Positions 1 through 13,220 of a stretch of 64,000 nucleotides of DNA are shown piece by piece. Source of the stretch: Daphnia carinata. Lineage: Eukaryota. The notes beneath the pieces were generated by a model. It saw only the letters and a program-made list of their open reading frames with translations, was not told where the DNA came from and made no database searches. Every line of letters begins with the position of its first letter. Position 1 is the stretch's first letter. A program made the translations under genes and the position numbers. The stretch is taken from contig NC_081331.1 in assembly GCF_022539665.2 (NCBI RefSeq), positions 3,906,001-3,970,000 of the forward strand, in the 5' to 3' direction.

Positions 1-3000
1 TCTTTGTTCTGTAACGTGATCGAGACTAAGAAAAGATGATAACCACATCTTTGAGGTTTTGGGGATGTGCAATCGGCGGTTTTGCTTTGGTTTTCCAAAA
101 CGGCCTGACAAGTTGAAATGCACGACAGCCAACGATAAGTGATGACCACGCATCATTTTTCGGAGGCGGTCAAGGTGGGCGAGCGTGTCGGTAAAAGAAA
201 TATACCTCTTCCACACTTTTGTACGTTGGTATGAACATAGTAGCCCGGCATTCAAACAGCAGTCCTTCTTTTGGCCGTGCTCTTCAAACACCGCCAACAA
301 CGTGATACTGTTGGCCGTAAGCTTTGAATAACAGAGTGCGGACGAACGCACAAGTCACGCAATCTGACGTTGATGAAACTTGAAAAAGAAAAACCAGCAG
401 CTGCGCTATACCTTCGGTACAAAAATGCAGACAAGTGCACCGGCTGCTCTACCGCCGTGATGCAAAGTAACACTATAATCTGTACTCTTCAAAACTCTCT
501 GGCTCATTTACATTCATGACGGTCTCAATTGTTTAGCCCTCTCTCTTTGTCTTTGATCTTTTACCGGTCGTCTCCCTTCTGTTGAAATCAGCCAAGCTGT
601 TGGAGTCGATTCACGGTTCGCTGTCTTAACGCATCGTTTGAGAGCATACTCCTTCCTCTGAGGGAAACAGAACCGGTCCGTCTCATTTTCGTTTGCTGAC
701 AGATTGAACCTCCCCGGGAAAAAGAAGTGGGTACGGAAAAAAACAGTGGTGAAAAGAAAAAAATTAAGCGACCAACTGTCGTAGGTGGTCGCAGATGGGC
801 AAACGTTGGCAGTATTGTAGGGAGATTATTCTGTCCAGCAGCAGAAGAGACAATTTGGATTTTATCGCGCACGGCTAAGATGGAATCGTATGTGTGCTCA
901 GGCCAGAAACCAAGGACATAAAAAAAATGTTAAGGTAGAAGAAAAAAATCACTGCTCAAATGTATTTGTTTTTTTATGGTCATTTCTTTCTTCAAAGAAA
1001 CGATGTGAAATTGTCATCTGGCATCTTGGAGAAAGAGCTCTCTCGGAACACATTGTACAGTCGCCTTGAGGATGACACAATCTAACAGGGGGGATAGAAG
1101 AGGATCGGTATGTGTCTACAGAAGTAGAAAGCGACACGAAGATGCAATTCAGGCCAAGTCGAAAAGGAAAGTTTATTTAGAGCACCGTGTAACAGAGAGT
1201 GAAATGGTTGTCCTTTTTTAATCAACCTGATTAGCTTTCACCTAGATCTAACGTGTAAACAAGCAAATAGAAAACAGGGACGAAAAAATCGGTAGATTGC
1301 ATCACCGGAAAAAAGGGGGGAGCTCTATTTCTTTGGTTCTTGGGAACAATTGAATGATGACGACGACCTGCTGGAAGCCATATGGTGCACGCGAACAGCC
1401 ATAGAAACCAAAAAAATTGTGCGTGCTGGCTGAGCAAGACATCGCCGACCGCGATTTCACTTCTACGCAACGTATATTGATACCATATAGCGATCTAAGT
1501 TAACGACACTTGCTGTCTTTTCTTAGCATCAAGTCGTATTTACACACTTTCTCCCACACAGCGGACAGACTGTATGTAACACCAAACCACTTGCTAACGA
1601 AAAGAAACAAAAAAAAATCTGAAAACTTTCATGTAATGTAGGCTCGAGCCGGCCAACTGCCGGTCTACACAATTCATTGTGGTGCGGTTGTGCCGCACGA
1701 AAAATAGAAAAGAAGAGAAAAAAAATGTGTTGTTTTGTTAGCGGCGGCGCACCATGTGCGCAACGTGAAATGAGGAAAGAAACAACAGCACACAACTGGA
1801 TAGTTTACTATTATAGTATTGTTAACAATTTTTCATTTTTCTTTTTCGCATTGACAAAGTCCGTCCTTGACGCCTCGCTTCTATTGCTAACAATCCCACA
1901 TCTGTCCACAACAATGTTTCTTTCTTCCTTTTTTTTTATCTACACTTTGCAAGTAGAACGAGTTCACTTTTTGTTTCGCAAATGGCTCTTATCCTTGCCC
2001 GTTTTGTAGCAGTAGCTTTAAGTTCTTAATGTCGCTGTGAATGAGGTACGTAACACATGGCTTGCCTTTGCCGTCTCACACACAGCATCTGCCGTTTTCT
2101 CAAGGCTTCTCGTTCACTTCTCGTCTATTATGCGTGTCTATATGATTGTATACTGTAATGATCGTATATATATCCATCTGTGTATGTTGCGTTTTGTTTT
2201 TTTGTCTGTGTGTTTTTTAACGACACAAACGAAGTAACTAAACAGCCGCCTCGGTACTATTATCACGTTCACCACCACTGACACGGTTTTTTTTTTTGTC
2301 TTTTCTTTCCTCTTCGTTTATCTCTCATTGGTTTTATTGTTACGCATATTTCTCTTGGTCATCCCTTCTCTACAAGTTCTATCTCTTTTAAAGGTTCCCT
2401 TTTTTTATTTAGCTCAACGTCTTCCAAGCGAATCGATTTGGGTGTCTCTCTCTTTTCTTTGACTTTTCTTTTTCTCTTTTTCCTTTATTGACTTTGTTTT
2501 CAGTTTCTCAACTTTTCTTATTCCGATTCGGACGAGAGAGCACACGGCTGCTGTTGACAGCAACAGACGGCCAGCCGCTGTGGCCGTCGGGCTGCGGCCG
2601 GTCATCATCACGCGGTGTAGTTAGATATACACAAGCATTTTGAAAACGTAACCGGCAAGTGTTCAGCAGCCGTTGTGTATTATTCCGTCGGAAGAAAAAG
2701 ATGTTGGGGTGCTAGAGAACAGAACAGGTGGTCACTTTCACTATACGTCAGAGCGTCACGAGGTCCCTTTATTTCTCAGAGGCGAAGAGAATACCATCCG
2801 GAGACGGGTTCGTCATGGACGGAACAGATGTAGTGGCATTCATTTGATACCCAAACGGCAGCAAACCGTCCCAAAAACGATAAGAAAACATTCACGACAC
2901 AAGAGAATAAAAAAGGATCCAAAAAAGAATAAGAGTCGTCACTTTGTTCAACGGGTTGCCTTCCTTTTTCTATAAATGAAAATGAAGCGAAAGAGACTAT

Positions 3001-5534
3001 TACCTCTTATCTAAGCGTGGACCAAAACGCTGACAGTCTGCCAATGAACGAGAATCTTTTTTAAAAGAAAAAAAGCCAACTGTTTTTCTTGTATTGTTGT
3101 TGTTGCCCACGGTTGAAGCCGTTCGTCATTTCTCCGCTCAATGACCACCATCGACGGTTGCAACCGAATAGCCAGTAGATAAGATATATAGGAAAAAAAA
3201 AGGGCATCTACACTAAGTGTCTTTTTTTTTTTTTTTTCGTTCTATCTTATTTCTCGAGGATATGTGAGATGTAATTGTACAAAGAGGGGCCGGGAGCGCT
3301 CAGCGTGAAGCCCCTTCCCGAACCGAACGCGGCCGGTATTTGGTGTATAAATCATCCAGGTGGTTAAATACAAGACACGCTGGGGCGAGGAGAGCGGACA
3401 CACGTCGTGCCGCGTGTGAGAGAGTCTTGGCGTTCGTGCTCTTATACCTTGTACATGCACCACATAACACACAGGTGCTTGATGTTAATGTTCCTCCACA
3501 ATTAAGCACTTTTCTCCCTGTCTTCATCACTATTGGATATATTGCGTGTGCGTTTACAATCTAGACACACAAAAAGATGATGTTCCATTGCGGGGAACAT
3601 TTTCTATGGTATCCTTCCGCTTTTATTTTTATTTTTTTGTTAGAACGTTTCGTGATGAATTATACCCAGCCGTTACGCAGCCGTTGGACATATCGTGAAC
3701 TGGTCTACTTGCTGGTTGATTACTACAATCGCTAGTTAGCATTCACGAAGAGCTGCTGTTGTTGTTACACTTTCTTATTGTTCCAGCAACGGCCAGAAAA
3801 AAAAGAAGACAAATCTCTTCTCTCCAATAATTGAATCTGTCTGTCTCTCTTTCTCTGCCTCGTTTCTCTTTTTATTGAGAAAAAAAAAACAGAACAGCCG
3901 GTGCTGGGCCTGGAGGAAGAGACCCAACTCTTAATAGTTATTCTGTAGGGCATTACGGTAGATTGGATTGTCATCGCTATTATATACATTTTTTTTTTCT
4001 CTTCGTTTGGAAATGACTGCGATACTCGAGGCAACGGTGTAGAGTTTGGTTGTGTAATTGAACAACAACAGTGGCCAAACGACAAAAAGGAATAACTGAA
4101 CGAAGAGCTCGACGACCATCTGTCCCAGCGTTGAACGACGATGACTATTGTGCTGTGGTGGGCTTTCGGACATGATCACGGCCGCGTTCTCAACACCTTG
4201 TTTGCTTCACCGTCTGTATATGTACACAGTACGTACACGTTATTAATCCAATCACACTGCGGTCAGTCGCCGATCGAGTCCATACACATTTCGTTTTTTT
4301 TTTCTTCTTTGCAAAAACAGCAGGTCTTTTTCCTTCTTGTTTGTTTTGTTGGAAAATAATTTGGTTCTGAATATTAGTTCACGATTTTCTTGTTTTCGTG
4401 AGTGATGTCCCGGATTCATAGACGTCCCGCTGGAAATGATAGATACAAATGCAAAGTTGTGTAACAGTTGGTGGATCAAGAGAAAAAGTAGGTAAATCGA
4501 ATGACGAGGTAGGAGGATGTATAATAGAGTTATTGGAAGGGCCAACATTTGGAAAATTGCAGAAGAAGTAACAGCAGCCGGTCATTCATAATTTTTGTTG
4601 TTACTGTTGTACCTTGCAACAGTTTCGTGAACAGCAAGAACAGACCGTGAGCGAATTGATGGATTTTTCTCGTGTGTGTATGTGTGTGCTGGCATTCGAA
4701 ATTGTTTGAGAAGATTCTCAGGCTTTTCTCCAGACCCAGTCGGGGATCGACGCGCTGCTTTTCTTCTATACGTCGCGCCAGTTGCTTCTTTTATATTTTG
4801 TACATAACATGGCCCATTTGATCGCGCATTATAAAAAAAAAAGAAGCGGTCGTGTTCAAGCTGACGTGTTACTTTAACGAGCGTGATATGAAGGGGTATC
4901 TCCCGAGGCGGAGACTAAAGGCCTACCCCATTCGCACCTGACGAACTTTTTTGATTCAAATCGAGCACGTAGACACAGTTTTTACCGAGAATTCTTCACA
5001 CGCCGGATAAGATCAAATAAAATCGTACCGAATAACCTACCCTATGAAATCTCGTAAGTAGATTACGTAAACAAGATGACCACTTTTTTCTTTTTTATTT
5101 GGTTGTTTCCCCTTTAAAATGGGATTTCATTTGTTGAAACGCACCTGTAACGCCATTTGGAGTTAAGACGGCCAAACTCGATAATGATGACGGCTGTCCA
5201 GTGAGAATGTGAAGGGTTCATGCTGTTGTGTGTGGGTAAAAAGGAAATGCCATAAAGCATAAAAGTGTTCAACTAAAAAACGATGGGTGGATAGATAGTT
5301 GAATGCGCGTGGGGGGAGGGGGAACGAAAACAGAAAAAAAGGAGGCGGAGGCATCAACGAGCAGATAAAGCCAACCGATTGCTGGAAACCTGTTGCCTTC
5401 AGTTGGCTGTAAGCCTTCGTTCGCTTCGCAAGTGCGTCTGTTCTGTGCTGCTCGAAATTTCACCTGAACACCCTAGCACACCTTCGTCTTGATTCAGTGA
5501 TCTTTGAATTAATACACGAAAAAAAAAGAAAGAA

Positions 5535-8500
5535 ATGTCTTGCGCCGAGTCATCAGATGGCGAGAGAACAATGTCGCCAACAGCCGCCGCTACCGTCCGT
5601 GAACGTCGACGATTGCGAATGTTGAAACGCAGGTGGAATCACGGTGCCAACAACAACAACAACAACAACAACGGTGGAATGGTGTTGAGCTTTTCGGCCT
5701 TCCGTCGGGCGCGCAGGATGCGAAATCAGCGACGGATGACCAAAGAAGAATACCTGAGACTTAAGAATATGGTTCCGGCCGTCGCTACACAACCTCGCGT
5801 TTCTAAGGTAAATAAAAATCAAATTTGATTGAATTGCATTCACCATGTCTGTGAGAATTCTGTTCTCGTTATTCTTTTAGTTGTATCTCTGTTGAGTTTC
5901 TATTTTTCGCTAATGAATTAACTACGTTTCAATTGATCTATCCACTTCACAACAGGTGCAAGTCATCGAAGAGGCCATCAAATACATCGACTCTCTGCAC
6001 GTGGCCCTTTTTCAACGACTCAGAGCTCAGGAGTTGGCCTGCGCCGCGGACCCTTCCAACACCATATCCAGTGAGTATCCGCTGTATTAAGCTTCCATTA
6101 TTTTTTCTGATTGACTGTAAACGACAGGTGTGTGCACGTATCTTTATTCAATCAAGTTACATTAAGGTGTGGGAATGCGATAAGGCTATCGAATTTCTCT
6201 TCTATTTTAAAAATCTGACGCTATATGTCGGTGTGAAACACACCGGGAATCCACACGTCTATAGTTAAAAGGCAATTTGAATTTCTTTTAAAGGTTTAGA
6301 TTGAAGGTTTAAAAAAAAATGTTGGGGTAAAGTAAGGGAGAGGGTGGAGTATCCCGCCCCTTTTGGAAGTGATTTTCAGTCTTGGGTTCCTGTCGAAGAC
6401 TTTGGTATGTACAGGTACACACGAGCGAGTGAGGAATAAGAAAAAAAACGAAGGGAAAACTTGTTTCTTCTCCGAAAAGGGGAGCGAGAAGCAGCCGTGG
6501 GAAAACGACAACAGATGGTGAACCTCTCCGTCTAGATTTTTTTTTTTATTAAAATCTCTTTTTTCCTCCCTCCATTCTTCCTTTGGTGTAGTTTTTAAGG
6601 GGGGAGGGAGAAAAATCCCAGCTAAATGGGTTGGAAGAAAAAAGTGCGGATGAGAATAAGAATGGATTGCTCCTGACCCGTCTGACCTCAACGATTCTTC
6701 ATTACGGGATGATGAAGGCACTTGGTGGTTGTGAAATGGGGAAAAAAAAACAAAAATAAACTCGGTCTTCAAAAAGGTGAATAGCTCTTGCGTTAATGAA
6801 TCGTAGGATCGTGTATCGTTTTGCTAGAAAAGTTGAATACTATCAAAAGAGGGAGGAATTAATATGCGGATGAAATTTATGTCTATTTGTATAATAAATT
6901 AGAAAGAATCAAAAGGGTTACGGGTTCCGGCGGGAAGTCGTTTGTGGCCGGTAGTGCTATAAAGCTTTCACTCCAATGTTCTGAATGAGACTACCGCAAA
7001 GGATACATATCCGCCCTCGTGATATTTCCATTCGGTCAATTTCGTTCTCTTTCGTTCGAAATTGAAGGCGGAAGGGCGAACAATTGTCTGCGTCCGCTTT
7101 CAATTTAGGGACGCATATAAAAAACTGTTTTCTATTCGAGAGGCTACGTAAAAGAATAACAAAAGGTTGTTGACCGTCTTTTTGTGACAATGACGAACAA
7201 TTGACCCACACTTGAGTGGAACTGGGTGCACGTGGAACACCGTCGTCACGGCCGAACAAGTGCTGGAAGGGGGAAAAAAAAGGGACGGATCATTTGCCTG
7301 GTTTAAGAAAAGGCATTCCATTGGCTAATGTGTAGGGTGGGCCCAAGCAGCGAGTGATTGGTGAAGGAATCGGTTCTGAAATGCAGCTAGAAAAATAATA
7401 ATGAGCTATGGGAGCAGTTTTGAAACGAAGACCTGCTCATTACAATCGGGAAATAGGGAGAGGGGGAAAAGAATACTTGGATGGATAACACTAACAAGTA
7501 AATAAATAAAAAAAAACCTACAAATGGATTGTATTAGACCGGAGTCACGGACCAAATCCGTTCTCCGAAAAAAGGACGTAATGTCCAAAACACAGGGTAA
7601 TAGACAAAGTCATCCGTCATTCTATTTCACATGTTTGTTTCTTTGTCCTTTTGTTATTCATCCTCGAACACATCAAGTACTGAGCAAGTGTTCTAGAGAA
7701 AATATGTGTAATAACTAGGTTGAAAGATCGTGATAGAACGCATGGCGTGACTAGTTTTTTTCCCCCCTTCTCACATTCACTCCCATTACATTTTTTGTGT
7801 TTGAAATGGGGGGAATCACGCCTTGACCCGAACATTCCTTCGTTTCTCTCAGTGCCCATCTGTTGTAGCCTCGTTCAGAGAGGTCGGCCATCACGAACGA
7901 AGCCAAAAAAAAAGGAACCCTTGTTCGTTTTCCCCTTCTGTCTGGCGTGTACGTAATTATATTACGCTTGCTCTAGCCGCAGCCGCGTGTTTATTTCCAC
8001 AGCTTTTTGTTCTCTCTTGGCAAAAGAGAAAGGAACACAACAATAGGGATCGATTGTCAGCAATGACGAATGAATCGTGAAAGGTCTATGAATAGCAAAA
8101 GGTGTCTAGTCTTTTTTTGGAACAAGAAGAATGACTTGAGAATAATAGCAGTTATTAAACGTTTGCCAAATGTTGTGTAATTTGTAGGCTCGTTTACCCA
8201 TTTGCCACAAGCCATTTTGGTTTCTTTTTTTTTTCTCCGTACAAGTTATACCGTTCCGGCTTCTAGTTCTGCCAACTTTCTTGTTTCTTTTCTTAAAATA
8301 ACTTATAGTCGGAGAAAAAATTGTAGGCTTTATACAATAGGTATAGATGCAATCATTAGCTTTTTATGGGCAAAACGATACGTTAGTAGTGTCTGTTAAG
8401 CAATTTATCTTCCCTTTCTTCTTTGTTACTATCTGTTTTCTCCTTTCGGGCGTTTTCTGATAACGAGGTCGAGCTTACTAAAATTATTAACTAAATTCAT

Positions 8501-8873
8501 TTTTTAAAAAAAGACGCTGCCTTGCAGTGTAATGTTGGTTCGTTAACCATTTTTCCACGTCAATTTATGAATTATCGTTTTATTGTAGTTAATTTTTTTT
8601 TCTCGACCGTACCACGTCAAAGTTTAACATTGTTTTATGACTCTTTTTGCGTTCACAGGTAGGGGGCAAGCGCAGGTGACGGGGAACGAATCGGACATTC
8701 AGCCCGAACCGAGCCAGCTGTCCCGCTGGATCGGCAACGTTTTACCGACGCCTCACGCCTTAACAACGGCTCACCTTCTGGTGACCGAACGGCAACAACA
8801 GCGGGATGGCATCAAACAGTGGCCGTTTTTCATGGGCAAAGTTGATTGCCTGATCAGGAAGAAACAGAGTTGA
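5535..8873 (+). CDS. Atypical bHLH transcription factor, 3 exons (5535-5807, 5956-6070, 8659-8873)
   Basis: Splicing at GT-AG sites with matching phases joins ...EEYLRLKNMVPAVATQPRVSK|VQVIEEAIKYIDSLHVAL, a helix-loop-helix pattern. The N-terminus has AATVRERRRLR and an (AAC)n poly-Asn run. Exon 3 is in phase with ORF 8637-8873 but is less certain. Confidence 0.8.
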
Positions 8874-9752
8874 AATCCTTCCAACAGAGAATGAGCTTTT
8901 TGTATTAATGTTTGGCTTATTTCCGGTTGCTGCTATTTCCATTGCCGTGTTCATTAGACTGTTAAACAAATTGAAGAGGTTTGGCAAGTTAATTGCTTTC
9001 TGGAAGCTAACGAGGGGGCATTCAATAATTGTTGTGGATCGCCAATCCAAACGGGATAATTCATTCTTGTATCTGTCTTAATTAATGTGTGTTGTAAAAG
9101 AGTGTTTCTTTTCGTTTTTGGTTAGTTTTGAATAACAATAAAACAGTGTCGATTTTCATATGAATTGGTTGCAACAGTCGAATTTATCAGGACGCACCAT
9201 CTGGGCAATAGGGTATCATTTCTTAACTGTCGATGCAGTTAACTGGGGTGTCTGCATTCTAATCAACAAGAACACTCCTATATCTATGCATATCTTTACA
9301 TTTGTATGATAAGATATCAGAACTTGAGGTGGGATGTTGGAATAATGACAAAATACTGTGCATCAACATCTTGACGTTTTACAGGAGGCAATTCACGAAG
9401 TTGCCTGCAGCACCACCACAGCTGGAAATAATTAACTTTTTTCCTGGTTATCGCGCTGAACATGTGTATCCCACCTGTAGTACATCAACAGCTATATTGC
9501 GATAACGGAATGTGAAGAAACAATACCAAAGAATAAGAAAACAAAAATGAAAAGAAAAAAAATCCTAAAAGAAAACGAAACAGGACGTAAAACCGTTGTT
9601 AACTTACATCCTGCAGTCTTTGAACAAATCTATTGCAACACCACTTAGTGGAATGTTCCCATTGTATAGCCATAAATGCCACTCATCAAATTGCTATGTA
9701 CAGGATGCCTTTAAATTCAGATTTATAGCCACGTAACTTTGCTTGTATATAA

Positions 9753-9825
9753 GGTCCTATGGCTTAGATGGCAAAGCGCCTGCCTAGTAAGCAGGAGATC
9801 ACGAGTTCGAGTCTCGTTGGGACCT
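9753..9825 (+). tRNA. tRNA-Thr(AGT)
   Basis: Acceptor stem GGTCCTA/TGGGACC; anticodon arm CCTGC-CTAGTAA-GCAGG; T-loop TTCGAGT; a T-run follows downstream. Confidence 0.92.
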
Positions 9826-10333
9826 GATCTTTTATATTTATGCTAATAGAATTCAAACAAAACAACAAAAACATAGCATTCATGGTAAGTACTATCAGCA
9901 TTCACTACGAGTAGTTTACCACGTCACGAAGGATAGCGTCCATGATACCAAACTTAAACTAACTTGACGGTGAGCTATATTTACCACGGAGAATCTGTAC
10001 CATCTCTAGTCGTGACGTGATAGCAGTGCGGGAGCCCAGGGTTAAATGGCAGCTTGACCGTAGTCCGGGACTTTGTTTACTTCTGTATACACAGTATTTC
10101 AGACATCGCTGTTGCCATTGTTTGTAAGTTTACCGCTCGCAGAAACGGTTAACCTCAGTCTGCTGTCGACGCCGCACCGTTCAAGTTTATTCTCACATCC
10201 GCGCAAAGAACAGTGAAGAGAATCGGAGATAAAAGTGTAATAGTCTTGCAACTCAATTGGGCTACACAAGTGTATCGGGAGCTCGTTGCCTTCAACTACT
10301 CCACTCTAATTTCGAACCTGTAAGTAATTGAGT

Positions 10334-13220
10334 ATGACACACGGCCATTACGTCCTGCTGAGTCTTCTGGTAAGTAATTAGCCTTGTTAACGATTAAATT
10401 GATCTGAATTTACATTTACCGTTATTCATGAAGGTTGGAACCAGTTTAGCTCTACCTTCTGTTGTTGATGAGTCATGTTCGGCATTCCATGTTGATTCAG
10501 CCCAATGCTTACCTTATTGGAGCTTGAAGGGAGAGGCAGCCAAGCCGCCATTACTACTAGTCTCCCTCGACGGCTTCCGGTCCGATTATCTCGAGCGGCT
10601 ATCGAGAACATCCTCCACAAAAGGACTTGTTCGTCTAGCTCGTTGTGGAGTCAAAGCGGCTTCGATGATTCCAGTCTTTCCCACCATCACCCTTCCAAAT
10701 CACTACTCCATCGTCACGGTACAACGATTCTACCTTTCCCCAGACATTTCCGGTGGAATTTTCTTTCTAATGCTATTTTGTTTATTCACGTACGATCAGG
10801 GATTGTATCCGGAGTCGCACGGTATCGTAGCCCACGAATTTTACGACCCAGAACTCGGACGAAACTTCAGTTTACCAGCGGCTGGTTTCAACTTTTCAGC
10901 TCCGAATCTACTCGATCGTACCTGGTGGCTAGGTGAACCCATCTGGTTCACTATCAGACGACAAGTAAGTCGAATAATTTTTTTTAAATTAAATTTTATC
11001 ATAACAATATGGTTTACGTGCATCTAGGGAAAAAAGAGTGCTTCTTATTTTTGGCCTGGATCTTACATTGACGATCCTATTCGAGCACCTGATTATTGGT
11101 TACCTTACAACGGAAGTATTCCTTTTGAGCAACGTATAAGTCACGTCATTGACTGGCTGCTTTTACCTCAGCCAAAGCGACCGAATTTCATCGGATTATA
11201 TCTCGAAGAACCCGATGGTTCTGGACACAACAACGGGCCTGATTCGAAAATGGTATTCCAACTGTAGATAATGTTTTTGTGTCGTAATAACGTACTATTC
11301 ATTTATATAGGTAGACGAACAGATTCTAAAAATCGATAACCAAATCGATTTTTTAATTGATAGCATGGCTGCCAAAGGTCTTTTGGGATGTGTTGATATT
11401 ATTGTTGTGTCAGACCATGGCATGGCGTCTGTCCCGAAGAATCGTAACGTCATGAAACTCGAGGAAATTATTAAAGATGTTGCTAGTTTAGCGTACTGTT
11501 ACGATTGTGCTGAAGGCTTGACTCCCACTCTCCGTCCCATCAACGATTCACAGAGTAATAACTAAAATTTGCATGTCCAGTTCAAATACCTTCATTTGCT
11601 ATCCAAGACTTTGTCCAGTGGAACGGGATCGAATTGCTGCCGATATTGAGTGCCGCAATGAACAAGTACGCGTTTACGACAAATGGGATTTTCCACGACG
11701 TCATCATTATGCCAACAGCCGAAGGATTTCCAGTTTGCTTTTCGACTTGAGTATTAGTTGGAGAGTCATTGTTGGAACTGAAGATTATTTACCTGGAGGC
11801 CACGGCTGGGATAACACATATACTGACATGCAAGCCATATTTGTGGCACAGGGACCATCCTTCCTTAGTGATGGATCGACAGTTGACCCATTTTCCAATA
11901 TTGAATTGTACAATTTAATGTGTTGGCTCACAGGTGTCAATCCGGCACCTAATGATGGGACATGGGGTGCTTTGTACCACTTGTTGGTGACCCAGCCACC
12001 AAATCCAACTGAAAATGATAACATCATTCCTCACATCCTGGACTATCCCTTGAATAATCAAGGATTGCGAACCCAATTCATTGATCACCAGAAACGCAGA
12101 AGAGTTTGCGATCTCCTGACTGGTAATAGCGATCCGATTCAGGTAACGTGTTCACTGTTTTGTAATCCTGGGAAACGAACAAATCAACAGTTGTTTGGAA
12201 TTAGAATGCTAGGTTAAACTTGACGGAATCTTCTGCAAAAGAATTGGTAGAATTGCACGCTCCATGGGGTTTACCTGGCTCTACAACAGAAGGCGTGAAA
12301 GCCTTGATCAGTCCTGACTATATCGTCGGTAAGTCAACTGTTCTAGTCGCAATATTATTATGACAGTGATTATACTTAAATACAGGTTTTAACGTGCGTG
12401 AGGGGATACCATCCTGGGTCTCGTACACGCTATCGAATATTACCGAGTTAACGAATCGTTCAGTTGTGTCATCATGGGGAGTGGATCCACGTCTGAGAGT
12501 TCAAGATGTCTCGATTTGTGATCGATTTCAAGAACATTCTCAACCGTCATCTTTGCTACTGGCTCCTCTCTTCTTTCCAAGTATGAAAAAGTATTTTTAT
12601 CGCATACCTTTAACAATCCATAATGACATCATCATGTTCGTTTAGACTTTTGCAGCTCGACAGATAATTCAGCAGATGGTTGGGTAGAAACAAATGCAAT
12701 TGAAATTTCACCAGCTTTCGAAAAATATTGGCAAGACATTGAAGAGAGGATTGTGGAACTGTCCGGTAATGCTGGACGAATACATATTTTGGCCGGCCCT
12801 GTAAGGAATTCCCCTAGTCCAGCAATTTTTCTCGTTGTTTCCTACTGTACTGAGCTGATGGCGTTGGGTTGCTCCGGAAAAGAATTGGACGTTCAATCTT
12901 TTCTGCTGCCAACTCATCTTCACTACGGCCGTGATTGTTTATCTTCAAACCTTTTTTTACGTAGCCACTTGGCAACTGTCCGTGATGTAGAACAGGCTTC
13001 CGGTCTCAACCTCTTCCAGTCCCTTACACGCGAGGCTAAGGTTCAAGTGTTGGGGCGCACTGTTCTGGCTTCTAATTTGTTAGTCGATCCACGCCCCAAG
13101 CTTTGGCCGAACGATCAACTCGCATCGAGTCACGCAGATCAATCCTCGTTACTTTGGATATTTACCTTATTGGCACTGATAGTAGTGGCTGTTGGGAATC
13201 ACGTCATTGCTGCCATTTAA
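10334..13220 (+). CDS. Ectonucleotide pyrophosphatase/phosphodiesterase (ENPP family) with signal peptide, PDE domain, probable nuclease-like C-domain and C-terminal hydrophobic tail; multi-exon
   Basis: Motifs LLVSLDGFR, PVFPTITLPNHYSIVT|GLYPESHGI, WWLGEPIW, YFWPGS, EEPDGSGH, VSDHGM, GGHGWDN and FSNIELYNLMC. Spliced N-terminus MTHGHYVLLSLL|VGTSLA looks like a signal peptide; the C-terminus contains LLWIFTLLALIVVAV. Confidence 0.92.

Noticed and set aside
1..5500. Short ORFs upstream of the bHLH gene
   Set aside because: No recognisable domains or consistent exon chain; probably regulatory or intergenic DNA.
10719..10799. Apparent 27-aa insertion in the ENPP catalytic motif in the ORF track
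   Set aside because: It is an 81-nt GT-AG intron that happens to be in frame and stop-free; splicing restores SIVT-GLYPESHG.
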